DNA from: a virus
Lineage: Duplodnaviria > Heunggongvirae > Uroviricota > Caudoviricetes
DNA: 64,000 nucleotides
IMG/VR virus record: IMGVR_UViG_3300017649_000001
Coordinates: 24,798 to 88,797 of that record
Strand: one strand, 5' to 3'
The translations under genes were made by a program, and so were the position numbers. The notes beneath the pieces were generated by a model that saw nothing but the letters and a program-made list of their open reading frames with translations, had not been told where the DNA came from and did not search any database. Below, one piece after another: positions 38,987-48,055 of the stretch (within the stretch, counting starts at the first letter, position 1; every line of letters starts with the position of its first letter).

Positions 38987-39581
38987 CCAGTTTCGCAGAT
39001 GCCATCTTCCTGACAGGGCATGTCGGTGGATGGAGCAGCCAGCAACGAGCACGGTTGGCGCCAGAAATGGATCGGTTGGAGAATGCCCGAAACACTCCAA
39101 CCGGACTGCTCAAGAGTTCAGTCAAATGAGTGACGCATTAAGCCGAATGCATCCCTGCAACGCTTTTGCTAATCTATAAACATCAAAGAAAACAACGAAC
39201 TAAGCGCACGAAGCGCGGAGCAGCAGTAATGATCTGGACGATAATTTGAGGGTGGCAGACCTCTGAAATAGCCCGGCTGAAAGTACGCCGTTATTACATA
39301 TTCAGAGCCTCTTCGCCGACGTGCGCTAGAGTGACAAGCCAAAAAGGGCCAATGTCAGAGAGGTAATGAGCTGTCGCCACACCCGCCAGGGTAGTCTTGG
39401 TGAGATTAATCAATCCGTAGAACTCGCAGTGCTGGACCGACCGCCAGCCGAGGCGTTTGAACGGGGTAATCGCTTGATTGCTCACGATCCGCACTCTTCG
39501 CTTCAGCTAAGGACTAACTAAGTTGTTAGTGACGCATGAAGCCGGGTGCTGATCAATGAACAATCGAAAGGAAGAACATCA

Positions 39582-39875
39582 ATGACAAACGCAACCAAGA
39601 AGACCTTCGCCGAGCTGGTGGCAGCGGAAGAAGCCGCCAAACACAATTCCGATCTGTCGAACCTTGCGACGGCACTGCTCAATATCAAGCGGACACGCTT
39701 TGAGCTGCAAGCATTTGTGGACGCTCTCACCGAAGAGCTTCACGAAACCGAAGCTGAGATTGATCGCCTGGTTGCTCTTATCGAGAGAGGACATGAGGTT
39801 GATGTTAGCAAGATTTCCGCTGTCTACAACAAGGCGCAACGTCCGACGACGCGATACGAGAAGTTTCAAGCTTAA
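39582..39875 (+). CDS. hypothetical protein
   Basis: RBS aaggaag before ATG 39582. Confidence 0.4.
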   Translation: MTNATKKTFAELVAAEEAAKHNSDLSNLATALLNIKRTRFELQAFVDALTEELHETEAEIDRLVALIERGHEVDVSKISAVYNKAQRPTTRYEKFQA

Positions 39876-39902
39876 CCTAAACACCTAGATAGGCTTTTAG
39901 TC

Positions 39903-40313
39903 ATGTCGCACGTTCTCATTAAAGCCACGTCGGTTCTGTCTGCTATTCCAGCAGCGCTTCGACGCATCGAAAAGGCGCGTCAGAACGCCCACTTAGGTGC
40001 AATCGAGAGTTACAAGACCAAGAAAGTGTCGCGCGGTCTGTTTCGCACCGAAGTTGTCGTCGTATCGGATGAAGAGGCTGACGAAGCCTACACCAAGGGC
40101 GATCAGATGCTTGCCGATCTTTGGTCTGGCTACCCGACGCCGCGCCAGGAGAACGACGCTCATTACGATCGTCTCGTTCACAAGGTGAATGTTCTGCGCA
40201 ATCTTGCCACCGCCTCGATAGCTCACGGCGACGGCTACGTCACAATGACCGGAGATGATCTGCGCATTCTTCCGATGCCGTCGAACATTCTTCGTAGCGA
40301 GGAGGCGGCCTGA
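39903..40313 (+). CDS. hypothetical protein
   Basis: ORF. Confidence 0.45.
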   Translation: MSHVLIKATSVLSAIPAALRRIEKARQNAHLGAIESYKTKKVSRGLFRTEVVVVSDEEADEAYTKGDQMLADLWSGYPTPRQENDAHYDRLVHKVNVLRNLATASIAHGDGYVTMTGDDLRILPMPSNILRSEEAA

Positions 40314-40534
40314 TGCGTCCAGAGACAGCAGATTACAACCACGATATCGATGGCGATCTTCTCGAGGTGGAAGATTACCTGGAAGACGTGAAGCATGGCG
40401 GCTTTATCGACTACGACGGCTTCGGCTACGCGGTTCGCGACGGCATGGCAAGTAGAGAACTCCGTATCTACCCGTCTGATGGCGATCGCTTCATTCCCCT
40501 CGATGCAACTCATATAGATTGGTACAATCGATGA
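40313..40534 (+). CDS. hypothetical protein
   Basis: ATGA-overlap ORF. Confidence 0.35.
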   Translation: MRPETADYNHDIDGDLLEVEDYLEDVKHGGFIDYDGFGYAVRDGMASRELRIYPSDGDRFIPLDATHIDWYNR

Positions 40535-41016
40535 GCACCACCGATCTCTACATTCTCAATCAAAAGTCCACGCGTCATGTGGCTGAGTTTCGCAACGGCT
40601 GGGGTTCCGCGCCTCGTTGCTGGGATTATCTGGCGCTAAAATATCTCGGCGAGAAGACGGCCATGTTCGATCTGCGCGGAATGCAGCGCGTATGGGATCT
40701 TGCCGGTGATGAGCGCCTAACAGCAGATGAAAAGGTGGCTCTCATGTTCACCTTTGATCGCGCCTACATTCCGACCAAGCACCTGAAGGATGCCGGCGAA
40801 TCCATGATCGCATTCGGAAAAGCGTGCCACGATGGCGTGAGTGTCAATCACTGGCCGGCGATTGGAGAAAAACTGATCGAGCTGTCCGCTCAGAAGTTTC
40901 ATCATGTGGCACGGGGCATTTGCATGTCGCCAACTTCTGTGAGCGACAACTGGTGCCGGCCGAGCGAATGCTGGCTCACAGAAGCGTGGCCCATTCTGAA
41001 GGAGGATGAAGAATGA
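40531..41016 (+). CDS. hypothetical protein
   Basis: ORF; ATG at 40531 (the track starts at a TTG at 40519). Confidence 0.45.
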   Translation: MSTTDLYILNQKSTRHVAEFRNGWGSAPRCWDYLALKYLGEKTAMFDLRGMQRVWDLAGDERLTADEKVALMFTFDRAYIPTKHLKDAGESMIAFGKACHDGVSVNHWPAIGEKLIELSAQKFHHVARGICMSPTSVSDNWCRPSECWLTEAWPILKEDEE

Positions 41017-41600
41017 TTTTCAACCCCATCACGCATCCCCTCGCCTATCAAGCGAACATCTTTGCGGCTGCAGCTCATGCAGCCGTGGATCAGAAACGGA
41101 AATACACCACTGAGCCATATATTGTGCACCCACGCTCAGTTGCTCAGATACTGCGTAACTACGGTTACGACGATGATCTGATGTATGCGGCCGCCCTACT
41201 TCACGATGTAATCGAGGACACAGGTGTAACAACCGACGTGTTGCATCGGGAGTTTCATTTCCAGCCGTTTCGCAAGGCGCTCGTCAATATCGTGGATGAT
41301 CTGACCAATCTCCCGCAGGAGTTCGGCAATCGTAAAACCCGTAAGGCTGAAGACCGCAAGCGTCTGTCGGCGGCGAGTCCCGCGGCGCAAACCATCAAAT
41401 GCGCTGATATTCTCGACAACATCACCGGCATCAGCGACCGCGATCCTGAATTTGGCCTGGTCTACGCTCAGGAAGCGCTCGATACGCTGGCTGTTCTTCG
41501 AGAAGCGGACGAGAAGCTTCGAGAGCGTGCCCGGGAGGTTGCAGCGATTGAACTCGAAAAGTGTCAGTTCAAAAAGGCTTTACCGCTCAAGAGAGCGTAA
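41013..41600 (+). CDS. HD-domain (p)ppGpp hydrolase-like protein (small alarmone hydrolase, SpoT/Mesh1-type)
   Basis: 'HPRSVAQIL...AALLHDVIEDTGV' matches the SpoT/RelA hydrolase HD motif. Confidence 0.7.
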   Translation: MIFNPITHPLAYQANIFAAAAHAAVDQKRKYTTEPYIVHPRSVAQILRNYGYDDDLMYAAALLHDVIEDTGVTTDVLHREFHFQPFRKALVNIVDDLTNLPQEFGNRKTRKAEDRKRLSAASPAAQTIKCADILDNITGISDRDPEFGLVYAQEALDTLAVLREADEKLRERAREVAAIELEKCQFKKALPLKRA

Positions 41601-41885
41601 TCTTTCGGCGGGGTGTCATGGACCCGCCAGACGCGCAGCCGAAGGTCGTGTCACGTAAAACAACGTCGGCAGTCAGAGCAGTGGTCCTCCTTTCTACACT
41701 GTGATCTGATCGAATAGCGCACGATAAGCGCCAGGCGCTCCGCCAAGCGCCGCAAGATAGGCAAAGCGAGCTAATTCTCGCTTTGCCTACTTAGGTAAGT
41801 AACTTTCTAGTTATCTAACCACACGATCACCTGCGTGTTGTTTGATAGTTTGAAACATCAACAAAATCAGTGAGTGGAGATAAAC

Positions 41886-42158
41886 ATGTCTCGGAACCAA
41901 GACGTTCTCCTTGAACACAGCTACCAGGTCGTTACCTGGGATGAGTTTCACAATCGTCACAAGTTTGGCGGCGGTGGCGTTACGAACGATCATATAGCTC
42001 GCGCCGATTACATCCGCGCCAATTGCATGGATCCTGCAGAGAAGAACTCGTGGGTGATCTACGATCCGCACGACCATGGCGATGAAGGTCTGATGCTCAT
42101 CGGTGAGAACCTTCAAGAGCTGTGCGATGAAGCGGTTCGTCATCTGGAACTTAACTGA
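41886..42158 (+). CDS. hypothetical protein
   Basis: ORF after the GTAACTTTCTAGTTA motif. Confidence 0.4.
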   Translation: MSRNQDVLLEHSYQVVTWDEFHNRHKFGGGGVTNDHIARADYIRANCMDPAEKNSWVIYDPHDHGDEGLMLIGENLQELCDEAVRHLELN

Positions 42159-42526
42159 TGGCGCGCTACTACATTCTGGACAAGAACAAGAACGCCATTC
42201 CGGTCGATGATATTCGGCAGTGGGGAACAGCGTTCGAGGATTTTGACGCACGCTGCGTTGGCAAATTTCAGGCCAAACTTCATACGGTGTCGACCGTTTT
42301 CCTTGGCGTGAACCATTCCTTTGACGAGAACAGCCCTCCCCTACTTTTCGAGACCATGATCTTTGATGAAGATGGTCGCGACTGCGGCTGCGCAAGAACA
42401 TCGACCTGGAAAGATGCTGAGTACATGCATCGCCGAGTATGTCAGGAAGTTACGAAGCGTGAAAATGGTGGTGGCGCCAATACGCTACTGAGCGAGGTTG
42501 TCGATAAATTTCTAGGCGATATGTAA
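42158..42526 (+). CDS. hypothetical protein
   Basis: ATGA-overlap ORF; last gene before the ORF-poor region. Confidence 0.45.
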   Translation: MARYYILDKNKNAIPVDDIRQWGTAFEDFDARCVGKFQAKLHTVSTVFLGVNHSFDENSPPLLFETMIFDEDGRDCGCARTSTWKDAEYMHRRVCQEVTKRENGGGANTLLSEVVDKFLGDM

Positions 42527-44430
42527 TTGGCTTCTTTACCACACCTCTTATATTCGGTTCATATCAGTTGTTTAAGAACGACAATCAACCAAAGGTCCGT
42601 CAAAAGCCGAGTGCTTGCCTTTGAAAAAGCGTATATTGAGAGCAGCAAATATCGAAAATAAAAACGAGCTTTGAAGACCGCTGTTACCAGCGGTCTTCAA
42701 GACGCGCAGCCGGCGGTCGTGTCTGTGAGGGAATAACACCGGCAGTTGGTGGCTTAATTTCGTAAGCCGAACCAACCGGAGACTTTAGCAAGAGGGCTTG
42801 TAACCCTTGTCTTCGAGAACAAAAATGCACCGCGATGGCAGTACGTGTGGAACAAAAAACGTCTGCTCGTCATCTTCCGATGACGTGAATGGAGGGTGTG
42901 GTATGCGTAGTACCACACCCTTTTTCATGCTTTACCAGAACTTAACATCCCATTGACAAATGCCCTAAATCGTCAACTCCAGTAAATCAGCCATTCATTT
43001 TCAGTTTGCGAAAGTAGACCAATCACTTCGTCAAATCAGCCACCAGACTGACAGGACGTAAATCAGGCCAGTCGTGAAACGCCGGCCAGCTTGTCGCTGA
43101 CTTTACCCGGAGTTTACAAAACTGGTCTGAAAGACTTGTTTTGACCTTTTGTAAATCGACGCAGACGATCACAGGCTCGATCCGACAGATGAAGAGCGCA
43201 CTTGTACGCTAGGCGTCGCGGATCTTCACCAGTGAGCATTTTTGAAGATTTCAAAAGAGTAATTTCTCGATAGCACCAATTCAGATTCGCACAAGAGATT
43301 TCTGCGGTGCGTAACTCAAAACCGCCAATAATCAGAACGACTGGTCCAGCTTCCCGCGCCAACTCTCAGATAAGCAAATAACTAGATAGGTAATTACCTT
43401 TTGGCCGAGACAAGCAAATAACTAAACTGCGCGAAACCTCGAGATAATAAGGCATACAGACAAAACACTAAATAGGCAGATAGGTACGTAGTTAGATAGA
43501 CCATAGGAACGAACATCGAGAAGAACCACAAACGATAACGAACGTCAGAACCAAGAGAAGCAAGACTGCCGGTCATAAGAGAAAGCGACAGAGCGATAGA
43601 GAGGAAGATTCTCACGCAAAGGTGAAAACGATACATAGATGAGAAGCGCCACTAGAGAACCCGATCATAGATCGAACGCATGAGAAACGCCTTATAGAGA
43701 GCTGAAGGTGAGATATGCGTATAGGGGTGAGAAAGATGCGCTAGACAGAAAGAACCTGTGAAAGTGTGAGACGGAGGAAGTGCGAGCGGCGCCTATGGCA
43801 TTTTTCCATAAACCGCCCCAATGGTTCACCTCCGTCAGCCAATTCCGGAAAAATTAGGAACCAAGGCGTTTTCCCATGGGCACGACCACATAGGCACACA
43901 GGCTCGCCCATCCCCTGCCCCGTAACCGCACGCCTACACGTCTATAAAGGCACGCAGGTAAACAGGCACATAGGCTTTTAGGCATAAACCGGAACATTGT
44001 TGCACCTATATGGAAAGAAGTTTCCACAAACCGAGCGGGATCGTTCCCGGAGCTTTCTTCCCACACTGCGAAAAGAGCCAACTCTCTATATATTATATAA
44101 ATAGGTACATAGGCATTTAGGTATATTTGTATTTAGGGAGTTGGACGAAATTGCAGAACTCCCGGTAGCGCGACCAATGGTTTCCCCAGACCGGTTATAA
44201 CTACATGCCTAAGCGCCTAAATCGTCAAATAACTACTTCCATAGGCCGGCCACAGTTCTCGCCATACCCCGGCTCCCATGTATGGAATATTTTTAAGATC
44301 AAATAAGCCACGTTTCCATGCATATAAGCCGAATGTAACCCGTCACGCGTTTTGATACTTTCAAATCATAGAGAGCACGAGGCAAAGGCGCTCTAGTGAA
44401 ACGAATTTCAACTCTGATGAGGAAAGTATC
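42527..44430. other. 1.9-kb ORF-free repeat- and hairpin-rich noncoding region; candidate origin, centromere or ncRNA locus
   Basis: No plausible ORF; purine-only tract ~43400-43790; ATAGGYA tandem iterons; CCWWWGG heptamers. Confidence 0.6.
42893..42927 (+). terminator. intrinsic terminator inside the noncoding region
   Basis: ggtgtggtatgcgtagtaccacacc hairpin followed by CTTTTTC. Confidence 0.55.
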
Positions 44431-45294
44431 ATGACCGAAGTATCCAATCTGCATCTTGACGTTGTTTCCGCCAACGCAATCGCCAACGATGTTGACCTTA
44501 ACGATATCGACGCGCTGATCGCTGCGGCCGAAAAGGAAGAAGCCACACAGAAGCTGATCGACGAAGCCAAGCAGGCCGCACTTGATGCGCAGGCCGAGCT
44601 GGACCAGGCCAATGACGACGATACGGGCGAGGCCGTTTCTGAGACGACCGTTAATATCACGCCGGTATTCGAAGAAGGCGACATTCACCAGATGCGTAAG
44701 AGCGTCGACGGCAAGACCGTTGAAAAGATCCGCGCAGAAGTGACGGCACAGTTCGATCAGCGCACCAAGTTCCACGCTGACAACGATCCGCACAACACCA
44801 ATATCCAGAAGAACCTGGCGAAGTACCGTCAGCAGTTCTCCTCGCCGCACACTGCCGGTGTGATCGCAGCGTGCAAGATGGAGGTTTCTTTCATCAATCG
44901 TGTGAAGCGTGGCGAACAGTGCTTCAACGTCTATTCGGTCGAGAAGGTCTCCAAGCTGATCAATCAGATCGTGCTCGGTGTCGCCAACAACGCCTATAAC
45001 GACGCCATCTTCAAGTCGATGTGGAACTTCATGAAGGCGAAGGTGCCTTTCACCACAGAAGCAGCCAAGGCAGCGATCTCCGACCAGATTGCGGTCAAGG
45101 ACAAGCAGATTAAGGCGCTTCTCGTGCGCCATACTGTGAAGCCAGGTACTGCGTCCACACAGTCGAGTTCCTCGCTGCGCGCGATGGAAGTTCTGGGCAT
45201 TGTGCGCAACGCCGGTACTGAAGGTCGCCAGGTGTGGGTGCTGAACGATAATCCGCAGATGCGCGCTGTTGCAGCGAGCTATGGACTGAACTGA
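44431..45294 (+). CDS. hypothetical protein
   Basis: RBS gaggaaag; strong terminator downstream; the overlapping 404-aa minus ORF is judged spurious. Confidence 0.5.
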   Translation: MTEVSNLHLDVVSANAIANDVDLNDIDALIAAAEKEEATQKLIDEAKQAALDAQAELDQANDDDTGEAVSETTVNITPVFEEGDIHQMRKSVDGKTVEKIRAEVTAQFDQRTKFHADNDPHNTNIQKNLAKYRQQFSSPHTAGVIAACKMEVSFINRVKRGEQCFNVYSVEKVSKLINQIVLGVANNAYNDAIFKSMWNFMKAKVPFTTEAAKAAISDQIAVKDKQIKALLVRHTVKPGTASTQSSSSLRAMEVLGIVRNAGTEGRQVWVLNDNPQMRAVAASYGLN

Positions 45295-45318
45295 GTTAGG
45301 AGTGAGACGAGCATAATA

Positions 45319-45352
45319 GGGGCCGGAGTTACATCTGGCCCCTATTTTTATG
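45319..45352 (+). terminator. intrinsic terminator
   Basis: ggggccggag...ctggcccc hairpin followed by TATTTTT. Confidence 0.65.
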
Positions 45353-45658
45353 CGTGATTGCTGACCATTGGATTTTTGGGGAACCAAGGCGAATGGCCTA
45401 TGGGTTGAGAAGCTGCGGGAAGAAGGCGCGACCAATGGGAGCCGCGGGACGGCGGAACGCACAATTAGGCAAATAGGTATTTCGGCATATAGGCTTGTAG
45501 GCACGCTTCTCACCTTCCGGCCATAGGTTGACGCATATCTCGCGTTGGAGCGCGCCAGTGACGGTTTATGCGCGTTTTATGATATGCCGTTTGTAACTAC
45601 GTAGTGATTTAGCTATTTAGTTATTGTCTGAAACACAAACGAGAAAGATAGCCTCACC

Positions 45659-45970
45659 ATGAAGATCACCTTTAAAGTCGAGTTCCACGAATATGACGAA
45701 ATGAACGACGCCCTGTTCGCCATTGTCAGACGAGTCGACGCCAATGAGGAATTTGAGATCTATAATATTCGCGCTCATTTCGACACAGCGATTTACGGCA
45801 TCGAATACGCTCTTCCAGAACGCGCAGAAGCCGAAGTTGATTACGCACCAACAATTCTGCTGTTCTTCATGCGCGCATTCAAAGACCGCTACGCCAAGCT
45901 CGATCACACCGCATCGCCTGCAGATGTGTTTGGTGAGGAACTTGTGTTCACACTCGACATTGACGCCTAA
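45659..45970 (+). CDS. hypothetical protein
   Basis: ORF; terminator aaaagcagc-ttcg-gctgctttt follows at 45974-46000. Confidence 0.45.
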   Translation: MKITFKVEFHEYDEMNDALFAIVRRVDANEEFEIYNIRAHFDTAIYGIEYALPERAEAEVDYAPTILLFFMRAFKDRYAKLDHTASPADVFGEELVFTLDIDA

Positions 45971-46233
45971 CGCAAAAAGCAGCTTCGGCTGCTTTTCTTT
46001 ATGTGACGATCGACCATAGGCCAGGCCATTGGTCATCAGGCCGTTTCCAGGCGCCAGGCCAATGGTTATTTACCTATTTCCCTAAATCCCTACCCGCCTA
46101 TAAGCCTATCTCCTCACGGGACACTTCCGGACGCTCGAGCATTTACCGCATTCGGCTCACTACATGCCGATTTAGTTATCTAGTGATTTAGTTAGAATAA
46201 ACATATCGAAACACTCACTAGAAAGTCACTCAC

Positions 46234-46617
46234 ATGAACAAGATCGAAGCCACCATCCGCCAGCACGCTCGTATCATCGCAGACGCTGACGAAATGCTGG
46301 ACGCGCTCGAAGATATCTCGCCAATCGTGGCACAGCTCAACATCGTCGATCGCCCGAAGAAGGACACGCCGGTCTCGCGCAAGCTTCAAATCATCAAAGA
46401 GATCCGCGCTCGCTGTGATGCAGCCATCATGAACATGCTCGACCAGATCACCGATTACGACCTGATCGACAAGATTTTTGCCGCTGCCAACGAAATCAAT
46501 GCCGAGCGTGCTGCTGACCGTGCGGCACTTGCCAAGATCAAGCGCGAGCGTATGGAGAGAATGAACGCCCATCGCGCCAACGCACAAGTCGCCGATCAAG
46601 TCGCTGTCGCAGCCTGA
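46234..46617 (+). CDS. hypothetical protein
   Basis: ORF after a palindrome-motif variant; hairpin terminator at 46635-46671. Confidence 0.45.
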   Translation: MNKIEATIRQHARIIADADEMLDALEDISPIVAQLNIVDRPKKDTPVSRKLQIIKEIRARCDAAIMNMLDQITDYDLIDKIFAAANEINAERAADRAALAKIKRERMERMNAHRANAQVADQVAVAA

Positions 46618-47076
46618 GACCACACGAGCGCGCCACGTCATGTGCAGCGCGCTCTCTTTTGAGCACTAGTTAGGTTTTCAGGCAAATAGGCAGATAAGCA
46701 TGTGGCAGATACCTATGGAACTAGATAACTGAATAGGCAGGTAGGCAAATTGCCTATGGAATATCGCCGGACGAGGATTTCGGATTTTTGGGGAACGGCA
46801 GTCACCACATAGGGAGCCGGCGTATGATGGCACAAAGGCGGGCTAGGGCGGCTTCCTATGGTGAGCGCCCGCGGGAGGCGGGGAATGGCATAAATCCATT
46901 CCCCTTATAGGCCAGGCCATTGGTATCGCTAAACCACCAATGGACTTGCGGCCTATGGCAATCAGGCCGATTTCAAAGCCAACCCCATCAAAATGCGCCA
47001 TTCCTCCGGGGGCGATAGGAATGGCGCACGTATTTGACAGGTAATTGCCTATTTAGCCATATAGGCGTTTAACTAC

Positions 47077-47307
47077 CTAGAGCAAGGCAAGCGGGTCGTC
47101 AAAGAAACGCTTTCGCAGATTGTGGGGCACAGAATTATCCTCGCAAAAGGGCAGCCCCAGAAGATCCATCATAAGGTTGGTCGATTCCGCGGATTCGCGC
47201 ATGGACCGAAGTCTGTCCCGTCGTGCCCGGTCAAAAGCCAGTTTCTGGCGTGCCGAGAGATTAGGGCGGTCGAAAATGGGCAAAGTTGCCATATCAGCGC
47301 ACCTCAC
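47077..47307 (-). CDS. hypothetical protein (minus strand)
   Basis: Overlaps the upstream minus ORF by 14 nt. Confidence 0.3.
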   Translation of the reverse strand: MRCADMATLPIFDRPNLSARQKLAFDRARRDRLRSMRESAESTNLMMDLLGLPFCEDNSVPHNLRKRFFDDPLALL

Positions 47308-47488
47308 ACGCGAAAATCGTTTCCATCGTGACGTTTCCCACGTGGGTCACTTCGGTGAGCTTCTCGCGCTGGAGCTGGTAGCCAATGCAATCTTCCTGGG
47401 TAAGACCCGTGTCGAGAATGAACTCCTCGGATTGCGTCCCGTGCGTTGGCGACGAAAAGAGCGTTATGGCGATAAGAGCGAATTTCAT
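47294..47488 (-). CDS. small secreted protein (minus strand)
   Basis: Signal peptide 'MKFALIAITLFSSPTHG'; palindrome-motif variant upstream on the minus strand. Confidence 0.35.
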   Translation of the reverse strand: MKFALIAITLFSSPTHGTQSEEFILDTGLTQEDCIGYQLQREKLTEVTHVGNVTMETIFACEVR

Positions 47489-47750
47489 TGTGAGTTGCCT
47501 TCGTTGTTTGTCACTAATCGTTTAGTGATTTTGTTATAACTGATTAGTGAGTAATGAAAATCGGCTTATGAAGTTTCTCACATGGTAATTTCTAAGCAGG
47601 GAAGGGCGCCCGCGACCGATGAATCTCCGGATACGAACCAATGAGCCTGGCTAACCGTCCCCGGCAATTCCAATGGATCCGCCACTTTTGGATTTTTGGG
47701 GAACGGATGCAAATCCAATCAGGGGAACCGGTACATAGGTACATAGGTCT

Positions 47751-47832
47751 CGTGTGTGCGTGCGCATGTGCGTGCGCATGTGCATGTGCATGTGCATGTG
47801 CATGTGCATGTGCATGTGCATGTGCATGTGCG
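47751..47832. repeat. hexanucleotide microsatellite (CATGTG)n, about 9 perfect plus 4 imperfect units
   Basis: Tandem gcatgtgcatgtg...; gives artefactual His-Ala and Cys-Ala repeat ORFs on both strands. Confidence 0.9.
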
Positions 47833-48055
47833 CTCATGCGTCATGCGCACGCATGATCGAGATAACTAAATAGATAGTGATTTATTCGCTCAAAAACACG
47901 TCATAGAAGCGTTTCAGCGCGTTTCTAGTATCATTTGTCATCTGAAGCTAGAAACGCGCTCTAGAGTCAAATTTGAGCGTTTTTCGCAAAGCGTCATAGC
48001 GTGTCAATGATAGCGTTTCGCGCATGAACGCATGACACATGCGCAAAACGCAAAA

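Noticed and set aside
44299-45513. 404-aa minus-strand ORF overlapping the + gene 44431..45294
   Set aside because: Arg/Leu/Ser-rich low-complexity product typical of the antisense frame of GC-rich coding DNA. The + gene has an RBS and a downstream terminator.
43380-47100. CRISPR array or tRNA genes in the repeat region
   Set aside because: The repeats are irregularly spaced and heterogeneous, unlike identical direct repeats with unique spacers. I could not delineate a convincing cloverleaf (acceptor stem plus GTTC-type T-arm). Absence of tRNA is not proven without tRNAscan.
47592-47856. ORFs encoding (His-Ala)n and (Cys-Ala)n repeats
   Set aside because: They are generated purely by the (CATGTG)n microsatellite read in two frames on opposite strands, with no start context.
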